64,000 nt of DNA from Catajapyx aquilonaris (lineage: Eukaryota), in contig KZ538418.1 of NCBI GenBank assembly GCA_000934665.2, forward strand, positions 1 through 64,000, given 5' to 3'. This document shows, in pieces, positions 12,373 to 26,612 of this stretch (the stretch's first letter is position 1; each line of letters starts with the position of its first letter). A program made the translations under genes and the position numbers. The notes under the pieces are model-generated. The model saw nothing but the letters and a program-made list of their open reading frames with translations, searched no databases and was not told the DNA's origin.

Positions 12373-14476
12373 TTTCTTTAAATAATTATAGGATGAGGCC
12401 TAGCAGCATCTTCCCACGCGATTTGGTCCATCCATGTAAAATCAGCAGCGGCCAGTGACTAATGGGGTGGGACAGGCGTCCATGCCAAAGGGCAGCAACA
12501 GGATGAATGGACCACTTGACCATCGCCGTCGGGGGGGAAATAATGGGGGCCACTTTTGATGGGGCGGGATGAGAGGGTGGGGGCGGCCCCCGCTCAACCC
12601 CCCACTTTCCCCAAGAGCCCCCGTTGAGAGTGGACACTTCTCTCCCAACCGTGAGAAACTCCTCCGGTCCAAACTATCCCCAACACTCCACGGACCATCG
12701 TGCTATACTTAACCTAACCTAATGCCATCCAGGAGTCCTGAGATTGGAGAAGCAGAAAATAGCAAGGGAAATGTAAGGAAAAGGGATGCAATCTTAGGGT
12801 GGAAATGGGTCGGGTGGCCATCAGCACCAGCTCTGTCTCATCTGCTGGAGACATGGCCCAGAAGCGATCCCAATTACGATAAGAACTGTGATGCTCCCTG
12901 CGACTACGAAGCGGGGGAAGAGCTGTGCCAACAACCAGTCCAGATGGAAAATGGTCAATCGCTGACCCTAAGGACATCACAGCTAATGGACCAGATGCTT
13001 CAGTGCTGCAACACACAGGGGGAGTCAGAACGTCCAGCAACTATGTATCTGATTCACGCACCACAATGTATATATAAATGAGAATCCACGTCATTAGCCT
13101 AAGGCAAGGACCAGAACGCTATTTTTTCCTCTTTCTGCGATGTTGTTTGAGAGATGCAATGCTATACAAAGTATATACAGCAGAGGGTTTTTGCAAGCGA
13201 GCATTTCCCTTCTTCCTGAGCCTTTGGAGCGGAGAACAATACTGGGCGTTGCTGCTTTTTATCCACTTCCTTCTAACTACCCCCGAGTCATACAGATGCT
13301 AATAGACGAGCTGCCGAGTTAATTAGCCTTTGTACTGCCAGGGAAACATAACGGAGGACATTGTGTAGACATGGATCCCTGCTCCAATTTGAGTATCGGT
13401 CTGTCTCAGGGCTATTAACAAGCGGGTTCTGGTAGAAGGTTAATTGGTTGCAATTGCTTCATATAAAGCCCCCCCTCTTTTTGTGTCCTGGTCTCATTGT
13501 TGTCGCGAAAAAAGATGAAGAAGTTCGGCCTGTTAATTGGGCTCGTCCATCCCTCTGCATACGCCATAGGATCAACAATCAATATGCGAATCTGCAAACT
13601 CATTTCGCAGTTGTATCACGGATGCTAATTCTTTTTGCCATCCAAACGGTGGATATTGTATTCTGAAATATGGTCATTCACGCTAATTAAGTCCTCGGAA
13701 CATGTCCACTTGGTGCCAGGACAATTAGTCAGGAAAATTGTTTACTGCGGACGTACCGGTAGGGGATAATAAATGGACAATAACTCCTTTTTGTAAGAAA
13801 GGGGTCACACCATGCGGAATATTCCATTTCTTTTCACTGTTGGGCTCCACCTGAAATAACTTATACATCAGAAAGATTTAGGAAAAACCAGTTTTGCCAG
13901 AACAATGACCATTAATTAAGAACAACTCCCTCTATAACGGTTTTGTTCAAACGCGGAATAACAAGCATATGTCCTTGTTGATTGTCGTGACGTGCAGCGT
14001 CAAATCACTGTCATGAAACCTCACATTAATTAGTCCGTTGCCAGCAGCTAATGAGACTCCGAAATCATGGAGCGAGACCGCAAAAAAAAACGAGAAACAA
14101 TTAGACATAACCCCAGGACAAAACGGCAAAAGAGGTGGCAGATGGCGCAAGGTCCTTGTCCTAAAGCTCCCCAAAAAATGACAAGTGGATGGCCGGATGT
14201 GTACCACGGATGGCCGTCAGCACCAAGCACCATCCACCACGACAGACCGTGAACACTTGTCCCAACCATTTGATAACGCGCCTTGTTATTAAGCTGGGAG
14301 CATGTCTCAGTTACAAGAAACCCACGTAGGGGCGGAGTAGTGATCTAATTGCGATCCGTATCTGGGACATTTCTCATTTATTTCCTGCAGGAGAGAGCCA
14401 AAGGTGGCCCCACAGCTCTCTGGTTCCTTTTGTGTTCACCCAACTGGGGAGTAACGTGTACGGACCTTTTTGCTTT

Positions 14477-14511
14477 GGGGAGGGAGGGAGGGACGGGGGA
14501 GGGGGGAGGGG
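14477..14511 (+). other. Strong G-quadruplex-forming motif
   Basis: GGGG-A-GGG-A-GGG-A-GGG-AC-GGGGG-A-GGGGGG-A-GGGG: seven G-tracts with 1-2 nt loops. Confidence 0.8.
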
Positions 14512-14840
14512 TAGAGCTTGCAAATGACCGCTATCATGCATTTTATGCATCGTAGACACGAGAGGGTTGAACATGTTTCTCTTTACTCGGATGTGTGGGT
14601 GGTATCCCATCCAGTGACGGCCGTGGGAGGAACCGCCTTTCGCGTTTTTTAATGAACTATTATAAACTTGTTCTGACAATAGGCTTATCACAATAAAACT
14701 GACAGCCAATAAACAAACTTTTGGGATTAACTCCATAAGGCTAATTGATAGTTTAGACTTCCCGGCACGATACTTGCCGCAACACAAAAATATTTACTAA
14801 CTGCATGAAATTTCGGACAGGACAAGAAAAGGCATAATGT

Positions 14841-15072
14841 CGAATAAAATTATTCAGAATGGCAAAATACAATTATTTAGAATTGCCAGTAAAATTTATT
14901 AGAATGTTGAAGATAATTTTATTTTCTGGTTGTATACATTACATAGTACAATAACTATATTATGCACAGCATAGCTATATTAAATGGGGAATAAAATTAT
15001 TCAGAATGGTGAATCGTGTTATTCAGAATGGTGAATCTTATTGGGAATGGCGAATCAAATTATTTACATTGG
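14841..15072. repeat. Degenerate ~22-bp minisatellite in two blocks (consensus ~YGAATMAAATTATTCAGAATGG)
   Basis: GAATAAAATTATTCAGAATGG is exact at 14842-14862 and 14989-15009. Diverged head-to-tail copies lie at 14863-14907 and 15010-15072. Confidence 0.85.
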
Positions 15073-18000
15073 CGTATAATGTTATACCAGGTATGCACAT
15101 GGTTAATTGAGATTTTTTTATGACTTTTCTTGAGTTTTGATGGCAACAGACGACTGACCCGACCTGATGGAGCACCTGAAACACGATCTTATGCCAAATA
15201 AAATACATGGTCCTCCCCATTACTGACACATTTAATGCACTTAATCCAGACGTTAACTTCCTGCACGTGCCGCTTAAGAACAGGTTTAGTAATTCGGAGC
15301 GACTGGAGAAGGACGGAAAAGTAATTGGACAAGCGTGAAGAGGCGCGTAGGTGGTGAAGTCCGAATAAAACCGGTGACCTCCCGAAGCGCGAGCAGGTGA
15401 CCCAGTGCTCTCCAGCTGCTTCTACCACCTTGGGAGGAAGGTTTTGCACTGGCCGTATGCAACATGGTAATGATAGTGTGGTGGTGTGTATGGAGCCTTT
15501 GCGTGAGGCTGCTTGTAGGGACATCGCAAGCTCCTCATGTCGCTCACATGTCAGAATATTATCGACGTGGCCTCCATCCCGAAGGCCGACTGAAGGCTGA
15601 TTACCCTGGCTAATTATGCTTCCAAAGCTGCTGCCTCGGCACGGAAACCCCAAAAACTCTTCCTTTTTTTTCTCTCGAAAAGAAAAAGGAACCCATTTTT
15701 ATTCAGTGGGGCGACACATTTCTCTTGGGCTGTTGGCCCAAATAGTGCTGGGCTGAAATGAAGTCAGAGGCTGGGCTGTCAGGAGTAATGAGGCCCAGGC
15801 CAAGAAGGCGGTGAGGAGGCCCAAGTTTTCTTGTTTGATGGGGCGAAGACAGCCGTGGAGATAAATTTGTCACTCGTCACCACGCATCCTGTTTGGAGGG
15901 GCGTGGTGCTGTCACACCGCACCTGAAACAAGAGGAGCAGATTTTGGCCCCGGGACTTGAGAATGCCATTTAGAACCACTTTGGGTCACTGCTGATGCTT
16001 GGGCATGCTTCCCAGTTTTGCCATTGCCAAAGGTTTTCGTATACTGATGTACAGATCATACTTGGTCTTGCCTAACTAGATGCTAATGAAAAGGAACAGA
16101 GTGACAGGAACATAATAATCCCTTTCATTATTAAGGAGATGTGCATTTCAGATGGCCAGAGGGATGAGCGCCTATTACAACATATCTGACATAAGGCCTT
16201 ATGACAGGAGCGAATTAATACCGTCGCATAAAATAATTTTAAAAGGTTCATGGAGCCTTAGATTGTGATAATATTTATTGCCTGCATGTAGTAAATATTC
16301 AACAGTCTAATAATTCCAGAGATAAACAATCAATTGGGCCAGTTGTTCCCAAATACGTATTAAGGGTCGATTTTATCAGCGGTTATGTAAAATGATATTC
16401 TTACCACCTGCTACAAAAGGCGGCGTTGAATATTACTTAGCTGTCATATGCTATGTTCGTGCTTGTGTAAGCAAGTGACAAGATCAGCCTGATGAATGAT
16501 TAGTAAAAATATGGAAAGCAAAAAATTATTTCCACTTTGACGGGCAATGTCGAGATATCGCTCCGGTTCTCAAATCTTTTGAATGAAATTATTTAATGCA
16601 TTTGTTGAATCTCACTATATCTTTAAAATCAGGCGCACATATCCGTAATCACTGCGGTTTCCTCTATCATTTGGCAATGGCTATAAACTGATGTCACCAA
16701 CCCGTGCAAATAGAGCATTCCATCATGAAACAAATCCAAGTAGACATGCAGGCAGCAGGCTAGAGGACCCCATGCAGACTTGAAAGAAGGAATGAAGGAG
16801 GATCGTGCTGGAAACCCAAGATAAAGCTGGTCTGATGGTGCTGCAGGCTGCTGGCGCCCGTCTCCCGCGGCGGAGGCCCCCCGAGTGACGGATGGCACCT
16901 CTTCGTCGATGCGACTGCGACGCGCCAAACTCCTGTCGGGGGGTCCGGATGCCCTACCCCTGCCCCGATCACCCCTCATTATCGCCCCTGCTTTGCAAAT
17001 GACCCCCACAGATGACCCAGCCCCAGCAACTACCGGCCGAATCGTATACTGCACTTCCTCTTGACCTTTCTCTGTGCCCCGCCAACTCCCTTCCGGTCAC
17101 GCTTGAAACCCCGTCCTTCCACCTGACATGTTTTCATCCTTTCTTGCCGCCGGCTAATTAATTAGCCCAACAACCACCATCGTATGCAAATTCCCTAGCG
17201 CGAAAATTGGACACGCCGATAAAAAAAACACAGCAAAACGTGAAACTCTGTTCATCTTGGGTGAGCAACCACCCTCTAAAAATAACTGACGGTTGTGACC
17301 AAACACCCCGATGTCTTTAAGCGATAACTAAACACTTCCTTGGAAGGTACGGTAAATCTGGAAAAAAAAACCCCATCGGTGGTTTCCATCGCATCTCTTC
17401 CCTATCCTCGTCGCCATCATCGCATTTTGCGCCGCATTGTTGGGACTGCTGACTATCGGCGGAACCATCGAGACTATTGTTCGGCAGAAAAACATGTCCC
17501 CAGGGATGCATGCATTTAGGCAGAGATGGAATTCCAAGATATGTGTTCGGGAGGGCGGAAGGGCGCGGCTCCCAGGGACGGGTCATGATCCGGTCCCCCA
17601 TAGGGGGGGGACCTTTTTTTCGACATATGAGCAGCAACTAGCCCGAAAAAATGCAAACGAGCCGCAAAAGACTTTAATAAAGGGCAGAAAAAGGTATTAG
17701 CGAGCGTTTGCTGCAAAAAGCGACGGCAGGGAAATTTTTTCGGGGACATTAAAAAAAAAGGCGTGGGAAACATGCACGGTGGTGGCACCAAAAAAAGGCG
17801 AGCATTAATATGAAATGGGAAATGTCCCACACGAGTTGCTCCACATTACAACACAGGGTGCAATGTTTAGAACCCAAACAACCAGCAAGGCTGTTTTTGC
17901 AATATTCACTGTAGGCCACGTTTCGGTGAAGAATTCACGAGGCCGGAGCATCAAGGGAACCACGTCGACAGTTTTGCAACAAAAATATCCGGTAAAAGCG

Positions 18001-21000
18001 ACGCTCACCTCACAAATTTTGCATTACACACGATCACTATTAAAATTTAGGCCACCCACCAGTCCAACCTAAATTATACATTTTGTTAAAAAAAGAAAAG
18101 ATGAAAAGTTGTGCAAAAATTCCATACCTTCAGTCATCTTGTAGTTGCCTTTCAGACCCCCGGATCCCCTGCAAAAAGAGGGATAGAAATGGATGAAATA
18201 TCCACATTAGCATTCAAGTCATGCAGGAGTTCCCGGAGTCAAAAGGGCTAGGCGCATTCAGATCCACATAATATCCCTGCATAAAGTAACCCATGTCCGG
18301 AGATCCCTATCCGACTCCCATTTTGGGACCTTCTCTCTCTCTTGTCCAGTTACAAGCTCTATATGTAGCAAATCGGAACTCAGACAAAAGCTAGGGTTTG
18401 TATAGTACCCTTCCTCAGAACTGGTGAAATGGGCTAGTTTTGAGCCNCCCCCCCCCCAAAAAAAAAATGCAGGCCAGAGGAAGAGACACTTGCAAAAAGT
18501 GGTCCGGGTTTCCTAAATGGCGTGAGTGATTAGAGAGGTAAGCGGTACACGCATGGGGGAGGACTCTATCATTTGTTTCTTTCAATTGAGAACAAGATTT
18601 GTGGACGATCGTCCTCAAGCTTCACGTGCCGATTTCTTCTAGAAAAATGCTTGGGAAAAAAAATGGTGACAGGGCTGACAAAAAGTAGCCAAAAAAGGGG
18701 TAAGTTGACCCCAAAAAATCTCTTCCATGTGCGTGGCCTGGCTGTAGGGTATGCATAAGAAGGTGCACTGCTTATGGTCCCAAGGCTGGCCCGCAGAAGG
18801 CCGCGCAAACATCTTGACAGGGAAATAACCCGGCTGCCTCCAACACGCGTCGATGCTATCGAAAGGTAATTATAGCTTTTCTCAACGCCCTTCTTTTATT
18901 TCAATCCTCCTTCTGAGTAGTATCGCCCCCGGAAAGAAATTTAAAAAAAAAAAAAAAAATGGGAACGAAATACACAAAAATTTGGTTGGGTGTAAAGAAT
19001 CCAAGTCCCACCTGCTAATGAGAACTATTTCTCATTAGCCGTGCGTGTATTGTAATGTGGGATCAGATATGTCCACAAAATTGTTTGCCTTCGATCGTAC
19101 CTGTCCTTGCGAGTAATGGCTGGGCATAACGGGCAGTAGCATGTAAGGAGTCATACAGGTGCGTGCGTACATGACCGAATCGGAAATACCGTATACATTT
19201 TTTTAAAATTCAGAAGCTCGTGTCTGGCCCACAGGTGGCAGCACATTTATACCTACCCGGAAAAAATTCCTAGCCTCGTTCTGGGTGGAAATATGAGGCT
19301 GTCTTTGTAGCCAATCTGCGTCTAAGTGCTTGTTCCCCCGATTGTAAAACAGAGCCGAGAACACGAGGAGGGGGAAAGGCCGCAGGGGGGGTGGAGGAAG
19401 GGCACCGAAAAAAGGTCCTCCATGTACCTTCTTCTTCTCTTGTGCTGGGCATGAGGCATGGGGTGTCCCACTCCACGCAATTTATGTCCCTGCCCACTGA
19501 TGACGCGATAAGCCCGAACCCTGAATACTCGTTTTCTTTTCCCGATCCCAACTGTCTTTGTTCCCTGGAGGACGCCACCCACCTCGCCACACAAATCAAG
19601 GGGGCAAAAGAGGGGGGTCAGTGTGACCCCTAACTTCCCATACCCCACCAGCTCTGATTTGGACATCCGTTTTTGGAAAAATTTTAAATAAAAAAACAAT
19701 ATTCACTAAAAAAAAGTGGTCGGCGATGGCGGACAATGGATGACGTCCGTTGATGATAAGGCAGCAAAAGCCAGCTGTAAACACCTGCGAACACAGGAAC
19801 ATCACTCTGGAGGGAATGTCAGATCCAGCGATTACTCCTTCTTTAATACATCAGTGGACGCGTAACTCCACAAATCATGACGGCTTGTCCCATGCTATGT
19901 TTTCTTCTCCCAACTTTGCACGTTACTCCTTTCCATCAGTCCCATATCACATTTCTTCTTGGAATTTTCCTGTCGACGACCTTGCTGCGATGACCTGTCC
20001 TCCGCATGTTTTACCTGCTCTTACATCCATTACCTATCTTAATCGCCCATCCCCATTGTTCCAAAAAACCATGCACAACGCGACCAGACACACACCATTT
20101 ATCACAAGCAGCATGTGAGCATACCTGTACTTTATTCACACATTTGCCATTTTCCCTGAGACGATTTGACCAGATGATCCAGATAGTGTGCAAATATGAT
20201 GCAGTCAGCGGATAGGACAGATACGCCACTCATGTACCAGAGGGCGACAGCCCATTACCGCGTTGTCAGCCTGGCTTGCTAAACATGTTCCTTTTGCGCC
20301 AATCTTATCGGGCCAAAACAGGTTTGGCTGTTTGGAAAGCAAATGGCAACAAGGGAGCTTCCAGAATTTCGATTCAGCGCATGTGCTGGATCAGGGTTGG
20401 GATTGACACCTCCAGGGTGCTGAAGACAGACCATGGACAACTGACAAGCAGTAGCCACCTGCTCCGAGACCCTGGTTTTGTCCTATGTGATATACACCCA
20501 GGTTTGTTATCGGATTACTGGCCCGGTACACAATATTTAATTAATGAATGCTGGGATAACGTAATGCATTGGGACGTCCCATTGTATATTATAATACGGT
20601 CGACTTCCGTTTGTTTAATTGCGACCCCGTCTCCCAGATGGCTGGACCGACCGATCCACACCTGCTGGACGAACGAACGGATGGATGCATGAATGCATCA
20701 CAACCTGTTTTGCATCTCTGGGGTGCAATTAACAGGGGGATGTGGGGGTGGGTGGAAGGGGGAGGGAAACAGGGCGAGTCCAAAACGAGTGATGTCAAAG
20801 TGTGCGTAGAATGCGGCCTTGACCGAACATGTCAGCCATGTTCAAAGTAAAATTTCTGAATTTGCAATTTACTAAAAATATTCATATCTGACTGATAAGT
20901 TCAAAAGTTTGCTCGAATAGCTTTTAAAAACTCAGTTTAAGTAATTAAAACAATGCTGAAATATGTCACATTACTCTAGCTGAGTGACTACCGGATTTGC

Positions 21001-23001
21001 AGGGTGTTCGCCACATTACGTGCAGAAAACTCATTTTCATCCTGAGACGCCCGGAAACTTGTTGGCCCTTCTTGTGTTGCGGGTCGGACAACCGTCCAGG
21101 ATAAAGCTCCCTCAGCCAAGGACAACCCGTGCTGCTTTATTAATTTGGCAAGCTCCACACTGCTTCTACAACTCCATATTCCAGGAAGGCTCCTTGTCCA
21201 GGAAGCACTGCATGTGGCAACTTGGCGTCTTCCTTCCTCAAGACGACCAGTGTATACAATTCCTAATTACGCGACATGTTTGGCAACCCCAGGAGACAGA
21301 AGTGCGAGACAAAGCGGCAGTACGGCCTGGTGGTCACCCATATTGGGCAACTCGGAAGAAGAGCCTTCACCAAAGGGTCGTAGTTGCCTCACCGCCCTTT
21401 ACATTTTAATTTGACAGCAGTGTGTTCCGGAGGACAATTTGTCCTAGCCGGAATCCACCTCGTGGGACTGATCATACAAAGTCCCACAGTTCCTGTCGTG
21501 AGGGATGGAAAAGACGTGGGGTGTGTTTGCTTGCAGCGGTGCATCCGTCTTGGTATCGTGTCGCACCGGCTCCTCTCCGCCATTGTTTTTCATTAGGGCG
21601 GCCCAGGGGCTAATGAAACAGGGAGAAGGGACACCCCTGCTGGGGAATCAAAATGAGCAGTGAAGAATTGGTGGGAGGGCAATGAGGCGCAAATGGAGAC
21701 CCGCAAACCTTTTCATGTCTAACAATGTGCAGAAGCGATAGTTTGCAGGCAAATAAATTCATCGCCACCCGCTGCTACTGGCAAAGAACTGGAGGAGGAA
21801 GAGTTGCGCTCAGGCAATTAGCTCCTGCGCACTGACTCAGAAAAGGAGCATATGGCGCCCAGAGCATTGTTGGCGCCCCCTCTTTTGTGGCTGTGTCAGG
21901 CTTGGAAAATAGTCGCTGATGAATCGCCATCTAATGGGCCATCTCTTCCCCCAAAACTAAGATCCCCCAAAAGACAGCGACCTGTCACCTCCAGGGTTTT
22001 GACTCAGCGCCAAAACCCCTTCCTCTTTTCCCCAATATCAGCCCCGTTTTTACATGTTGCAATGCCTCTCACTATATACTAGGGATTGACCCTCCTCACC
22101 TACGACCCAGACTCATCAATTCCTACTAGCTCAGACAAAGGATGCTTGCAAATTTTTCTCGGCTGCCAAAGTCCTGTGTCGCGTCCCGGTCTAATCTATA
22201 GCCTTCCATTAAGCGACCAAACCCTCTTTCCCGCCCCATCGGACCCTAAGGGGAGGATTGGCTAAATAATTCCCCGATTGGCAGCATAGCCTCCCTTCAC
22301 GTGGTTGCCGAGTTTGCAAGAAAATTGACCAAAAATTAAGTGTGTCCGCGCAATATGGCGGAGCGTCATGTGTTGTCATGGTGCGACAGGGTGAGGGCAT
22401 GATCCGGCAGGGAAGTGGAAATATCCGAGTCTCTTATAGGTGGTCGCGTGCATGTCGCAAGACGACGTGTCAACGTCGGAGAAATGTCGGCTACCTCCCT
22501 CCCCACCCCCCTTCCTCTAACTCTGCACCGTCGTATATACCTCCTCCTCCAGCCAAGCCAACCTCCTCCTCCCCCCAGAAACGGCAGCGGGGAGCAATTA
22601 GGCGAAAGAAGAGCCATTTGGCCCGAGCAAGGAAGAGGTGGGGCACAATCCCGGCTCCCATTTACTTGATTGAACGCGGGCCAAACTGCGACGCCGACGA
22701 CGTCGAGCGGCGCCCGCGACATTCCCTTTGCCAATGCACCACCACAATGCCAAACCATCCCCAGCTCCTTTCTACACCCCTCCTCCCTGGGAATCAGCAG
22801 CCTTCTCTCCCCAGACACTCTATACAAGAACTAGCACCATTATTCCTTCCAACCTGTTCACTCGGAAATAATAATCACGATTTGTGCATTGTGTCACCTT
22901 ACTACATTAAACATGTAACAATGAGCAAAAAGACAGGTAGTGTTCCATATATCGAAGAATCCTCTTTAAAGAAATGTTTGTAAATATGTGGGATCATATT
23001 G

Positions 23002-23300
23002 CTCGATTTTCCGATAGTAACTTCAATATTAGCATATCGTATAATATCGAATGTAATGTATTACTATCGATTATTATGACTTATACTCGATATTGCAAAA
23101 TAAGGAATATACCGGTATGGCATAATATCGATGTTATAAATATTATCGATGTCATAAATATCATCAATTTTAAAAATAGCTTATCGTCGATTATTATGAC
23201 ACATTATCGATCATTTGAAATATCGGATATTACTGAGAATCATCGATATTATTGGATATTATAGATTATCATCTAATATTGTCGATTATTATTGACTCGA
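23002..23300. repeat. AT-rich ATCGAT/TCGAT-motif degenerate repeat, probably a DNA-transposon internal relic
   Basis: TCGATTATTATGAC is exact at 23067-23080 and 23187-23200, with a variant at 23282-23296. There is an 18-bp tandem ATCGATGTYATAAATATY at 23127-23168 and more than ten TCGA/ATCG cores. No TIRs were found. Confidence 0.75.
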
Positions 23301-23429
23301 ACCTTTTCAGGAATTTCCTGAATGCTAGTATACATTGAGAATTCCTTAATTGAGCATTTAAAATCTGGCCTTAATAACTTACAGCTGCATAATACAGTGA
23401 TCGAGCAAAAAGTGCTAAATCACATATTG

Positions 23430-23458
23430 GATCGGTGGGCTTCCGATCGGTGGCTTCC
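23430..23458. repeat. Short tandem duplication GATCGGTG(G)GCTTCC x2
   Basis: gatcggtgggcttcc followed immediately by gatcggtggcttcc. Confidence 0.85.
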
Positions 23459-24253
23459 GGAGAAGGCAATCTCCCAAGGCGATCGAAAAATCTGCACGCG
23501 GCTTTTCTCTTTGTACAACTTTTGGGGGGAATCAAACAGCGGGTCTCACGCCACCGACACCACCACAGAGAAAACCAGTGACCTCAGCATGACTCCAACA
23601 GGCAGGAATTCTCCGGAAGTTTCCTAAAACTTTGCACCTGTCTGGCCCGATTCTTCCGAAAAAACCCTGCTGGTGCCGGTTGCCCTACATTTCGTCAATT
23701 TTTAGAGGGGGTGGTGGGCCTAATTGTTCTAACGTTTTCTTGTGTTTTACACTCAAATTTTCCGTGTAATGACTAAAATTAAGGAATCAAAGATGGTAAA
23801 AAGGAATAGACGAATGCGAGTCACACGGCGTCGGCAGCAGCAGGGCGGCACGAAAGCAACCCAATTTGCTGGCATGGCTCTGAAAAAGCCAAACCGACGT
23901 TAATCATCCTAACCCGGGCTGTAATTTTCTATCCATTTAACCCTCCGCAATCAGCGTCGATAACCAAGTGCTGCTTCAGTTCGTCTGCTTTCACCCCCTA
24001 AAGCTCTTTCCCAACATCAAACGCCGTAAGCTGACGTTTCGCAAAGGCGTCAATTACGTTGCAGGTAATGACTGTGTGTAATTGGCATTTGAAAAATTAC
24101 ACATTGTGCAAATACGGAGAAAACTGATTTAGTTGGTTTGTTGGAATATCGAGGCAACTAAGGCCATGTGGTGTGCCATTGTGGCACTGTACAATTGAGT
24201 CCTACTACCGACATCTCACGGAATTATAATGAACTGTTGATCATTCCGACACA

Positions 24254-24255
<2 letters not shown>

Positions 24256-24338
<83 letters not shown>
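24256..24338. repeat. (TAA)27 perfect microsatellite
   Basis: Uninterrupted TAA units from 24256 to 24336, plus TA. Confidence 0.99.
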
Positions 24339-26612
24339 TCTTGGTGTAGCACCTGCTTGAACTTTGCAATTTTTAAAAACCAATTTATGAAATACATTAC
24401 CTTTGGAGGATTTTAATTTTGTCAATTGGAAATTATTGAAATTACTCCAAAACTTCATTTATGTAGGCCTGTGACTATAACAATCATATTCCTTCGACCT
24501 AATTTAAATTATTCAAAGCCGGATCTGCTAAAACGTATTTAAAAATATATTAATTATTGAATGAATTCAGCAAAGGCTCAGTAAAGAGAAGTAAATGCTA
24601 TTTAAAATAAACGAATAAATATAATTAAAACCACTCTATTTTGGTAGTTAGACATTCAAAATAATTTCATGTAATAGCCCTGATTTTTGAACAATGTACG
24701 CTCATTTCGCTTATACTGTGGTAGATACGGTATGTCCTTTTATACCCAACAATGTCTAATAAGCAGAGCACCGAGTTAGATAGAGTAATTTATTGTTTGT
24801 TCCCTCCAACCCCGAAGACATAGCAGGGCGTGTATCGTGCCAGTTTGCACCAAGAGGCGGGCAAAATGTGGACTAAAAGTGGCTCACGCGAGCCCGAACC
24901 TTTTGTTATTCTTAAGTATAGGTTAGAATTGGAAGTGTAAGTGAAAGGAAAGGCCCTCCTGAGTTGAATCGTCCCTTTCTTGGGCCTGCAGGGGCTGCGG
25001 CATCCATTCAAACCAGGTATATACCGACGTCCGTAACAAGTTGTCACGCTGCCCCCCAAACCATACCATTACTATGTTGCCCGCCTCATTAGCTTAACCA
25101 TTTTAAGATAGCCCCAGATAGGCTAATCATAGGGCCTGCAGGGACTACCTACTCATCATACCTTGGGGGGGAAAAAGAGAGAAAATGCAGCATAAACAAG
25201 TTGACGAGGGGGGGATTAAAGACCATGTTGTTGGTGGTGCTACACACGTGTGTTTTCAGGCAAATTTTTGCGAACATGCACCAAGGTCACCGGAAAAAGG
25301 AAGATGAGCAAGGTCACTCAGAAGATGCTCAGCTCCTTGAATTACTGAATATGGAATATTATGGTGTCATGTCGTGCCGCCAGAATTTCTGGAGGAAGCA
25401 GCATGCGCCATCTACAAATTTTCTTCCCAACTTATAAAGGGGTGTGAGTTATAACTGGTCAACAAATTATCCAGCAATATGAACCGGGTGTAAACGGACT
25501 GGATCATTTGACTGCTGGAGTAACAGGTGTACAGAGCTGGAGCAGCAAATTGCCTAATCCTTTCTGATGAAAAGTAGTTGATAACCCCTTTTGGTCTGGT
25601 CTGTCATTGATCCTGGTGAGTGAGCGAAAAGTGTCGGAAGGGGGGTGGGGGGATTCGGAGGCGGCAGATGTGAGCTCCTCCCCTCTATATCCTTTCCCTT
25701 TTGTCCACAAAGGAGCTAATTTCATTAAGGCCGACGAGTTTCATTTGGGTGTCGTTAGTCCGGGGCCCTGGGCCGCCCCCAAACGACACCGCCGCCGACT
25801 TGGCGACGAGGAGCATTCATTTGCCGCCTTAATTTAACAAGCCCTTCACTCGCCTAATTTGCTTATGAACAGTATTTACGCGGTCCGCAGCTGGCCCACC
25901 CTCCTTTTGTGCTTGGGCTGGCCAATCAGCCAAATCACAACAAGGGCAGAGTTATTGTTGGATCCAATGGACCGACGGAATCTGAGGGATAGAAATACAA
26001 TAAAAAAATAGGAATGGGGTACATATTGGATTTGAGGGGGGTAAAACGAGTCATTAATTCGGGGGGATCCTCAGTGCAACAGTGTATATGTGTCCAGATT
26101 ATTGGAACGAGGAGCCGGTTCAGTGAGCCCATCTGGTTGGGGATGCTGAGGCCCCAAGTCACAAGAGTCGTTTCCCGGGCTTGAAGTATCCCCTCGACTG
26201 TATCAACTACCTGTCGTACATTATAGGGGACATCTGCCCGGAATACAAGCCTCGGAAAAGCATGGGTACCGGACCGGGTTTGGGGCTCTCGGACGATGAA
26301 TATCGGGTCTAATGAGCCTCCTCGTTATTGTTTCAAAATGTGATCCGGATGCCAATAAATGCGGAATCCCTTACGATAAAAACCCATTTTGCAGCGGACT
26401 GTGCACATTCGTAAAGCGGAGGATCTGGTGGTTTCAGGCCTGGGAAGCATTGCAATGCGTCTCTTTCTCCAAGATAAATGTTACGTTCTGAATGACACCC
26501 CATCGATTTCAGTGTTACAGTCTGCGTAGGGTAACCTGATCAACTGTATACGCCTGATGTATTTTCGACCTTTATGCTGCTGATTATTCACGGCTACATG
26601 CATCTCACTTCG

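Noticed and set aside
14841..15072. CRISPR-like array
   Set aside because: Units are head-to-tail and degenerate with no unique spacers of constant length, there are no cas genes, and the context is eukaryotic.
19213..19242. GAAGCTCGT (miR-993-like start) and adjacent CAGGTGGCAGCAC (CTCF-like)
   Set aside because: Only partial matches, no hairpin, and two mismatches to the CTCF core; not supportable from sequence alone.
22342..22983. 213-aa ORF (+)
   Set aside because: Pro/Ser/Arg-rich translation of C-rich DNA with a GTG start and open antisense frames; no domain recognised.
24168..24458. Poly-Ile / poly-Tyr ORFs
   Set aside because: These are translations of the (TAA)27 microsatellite.
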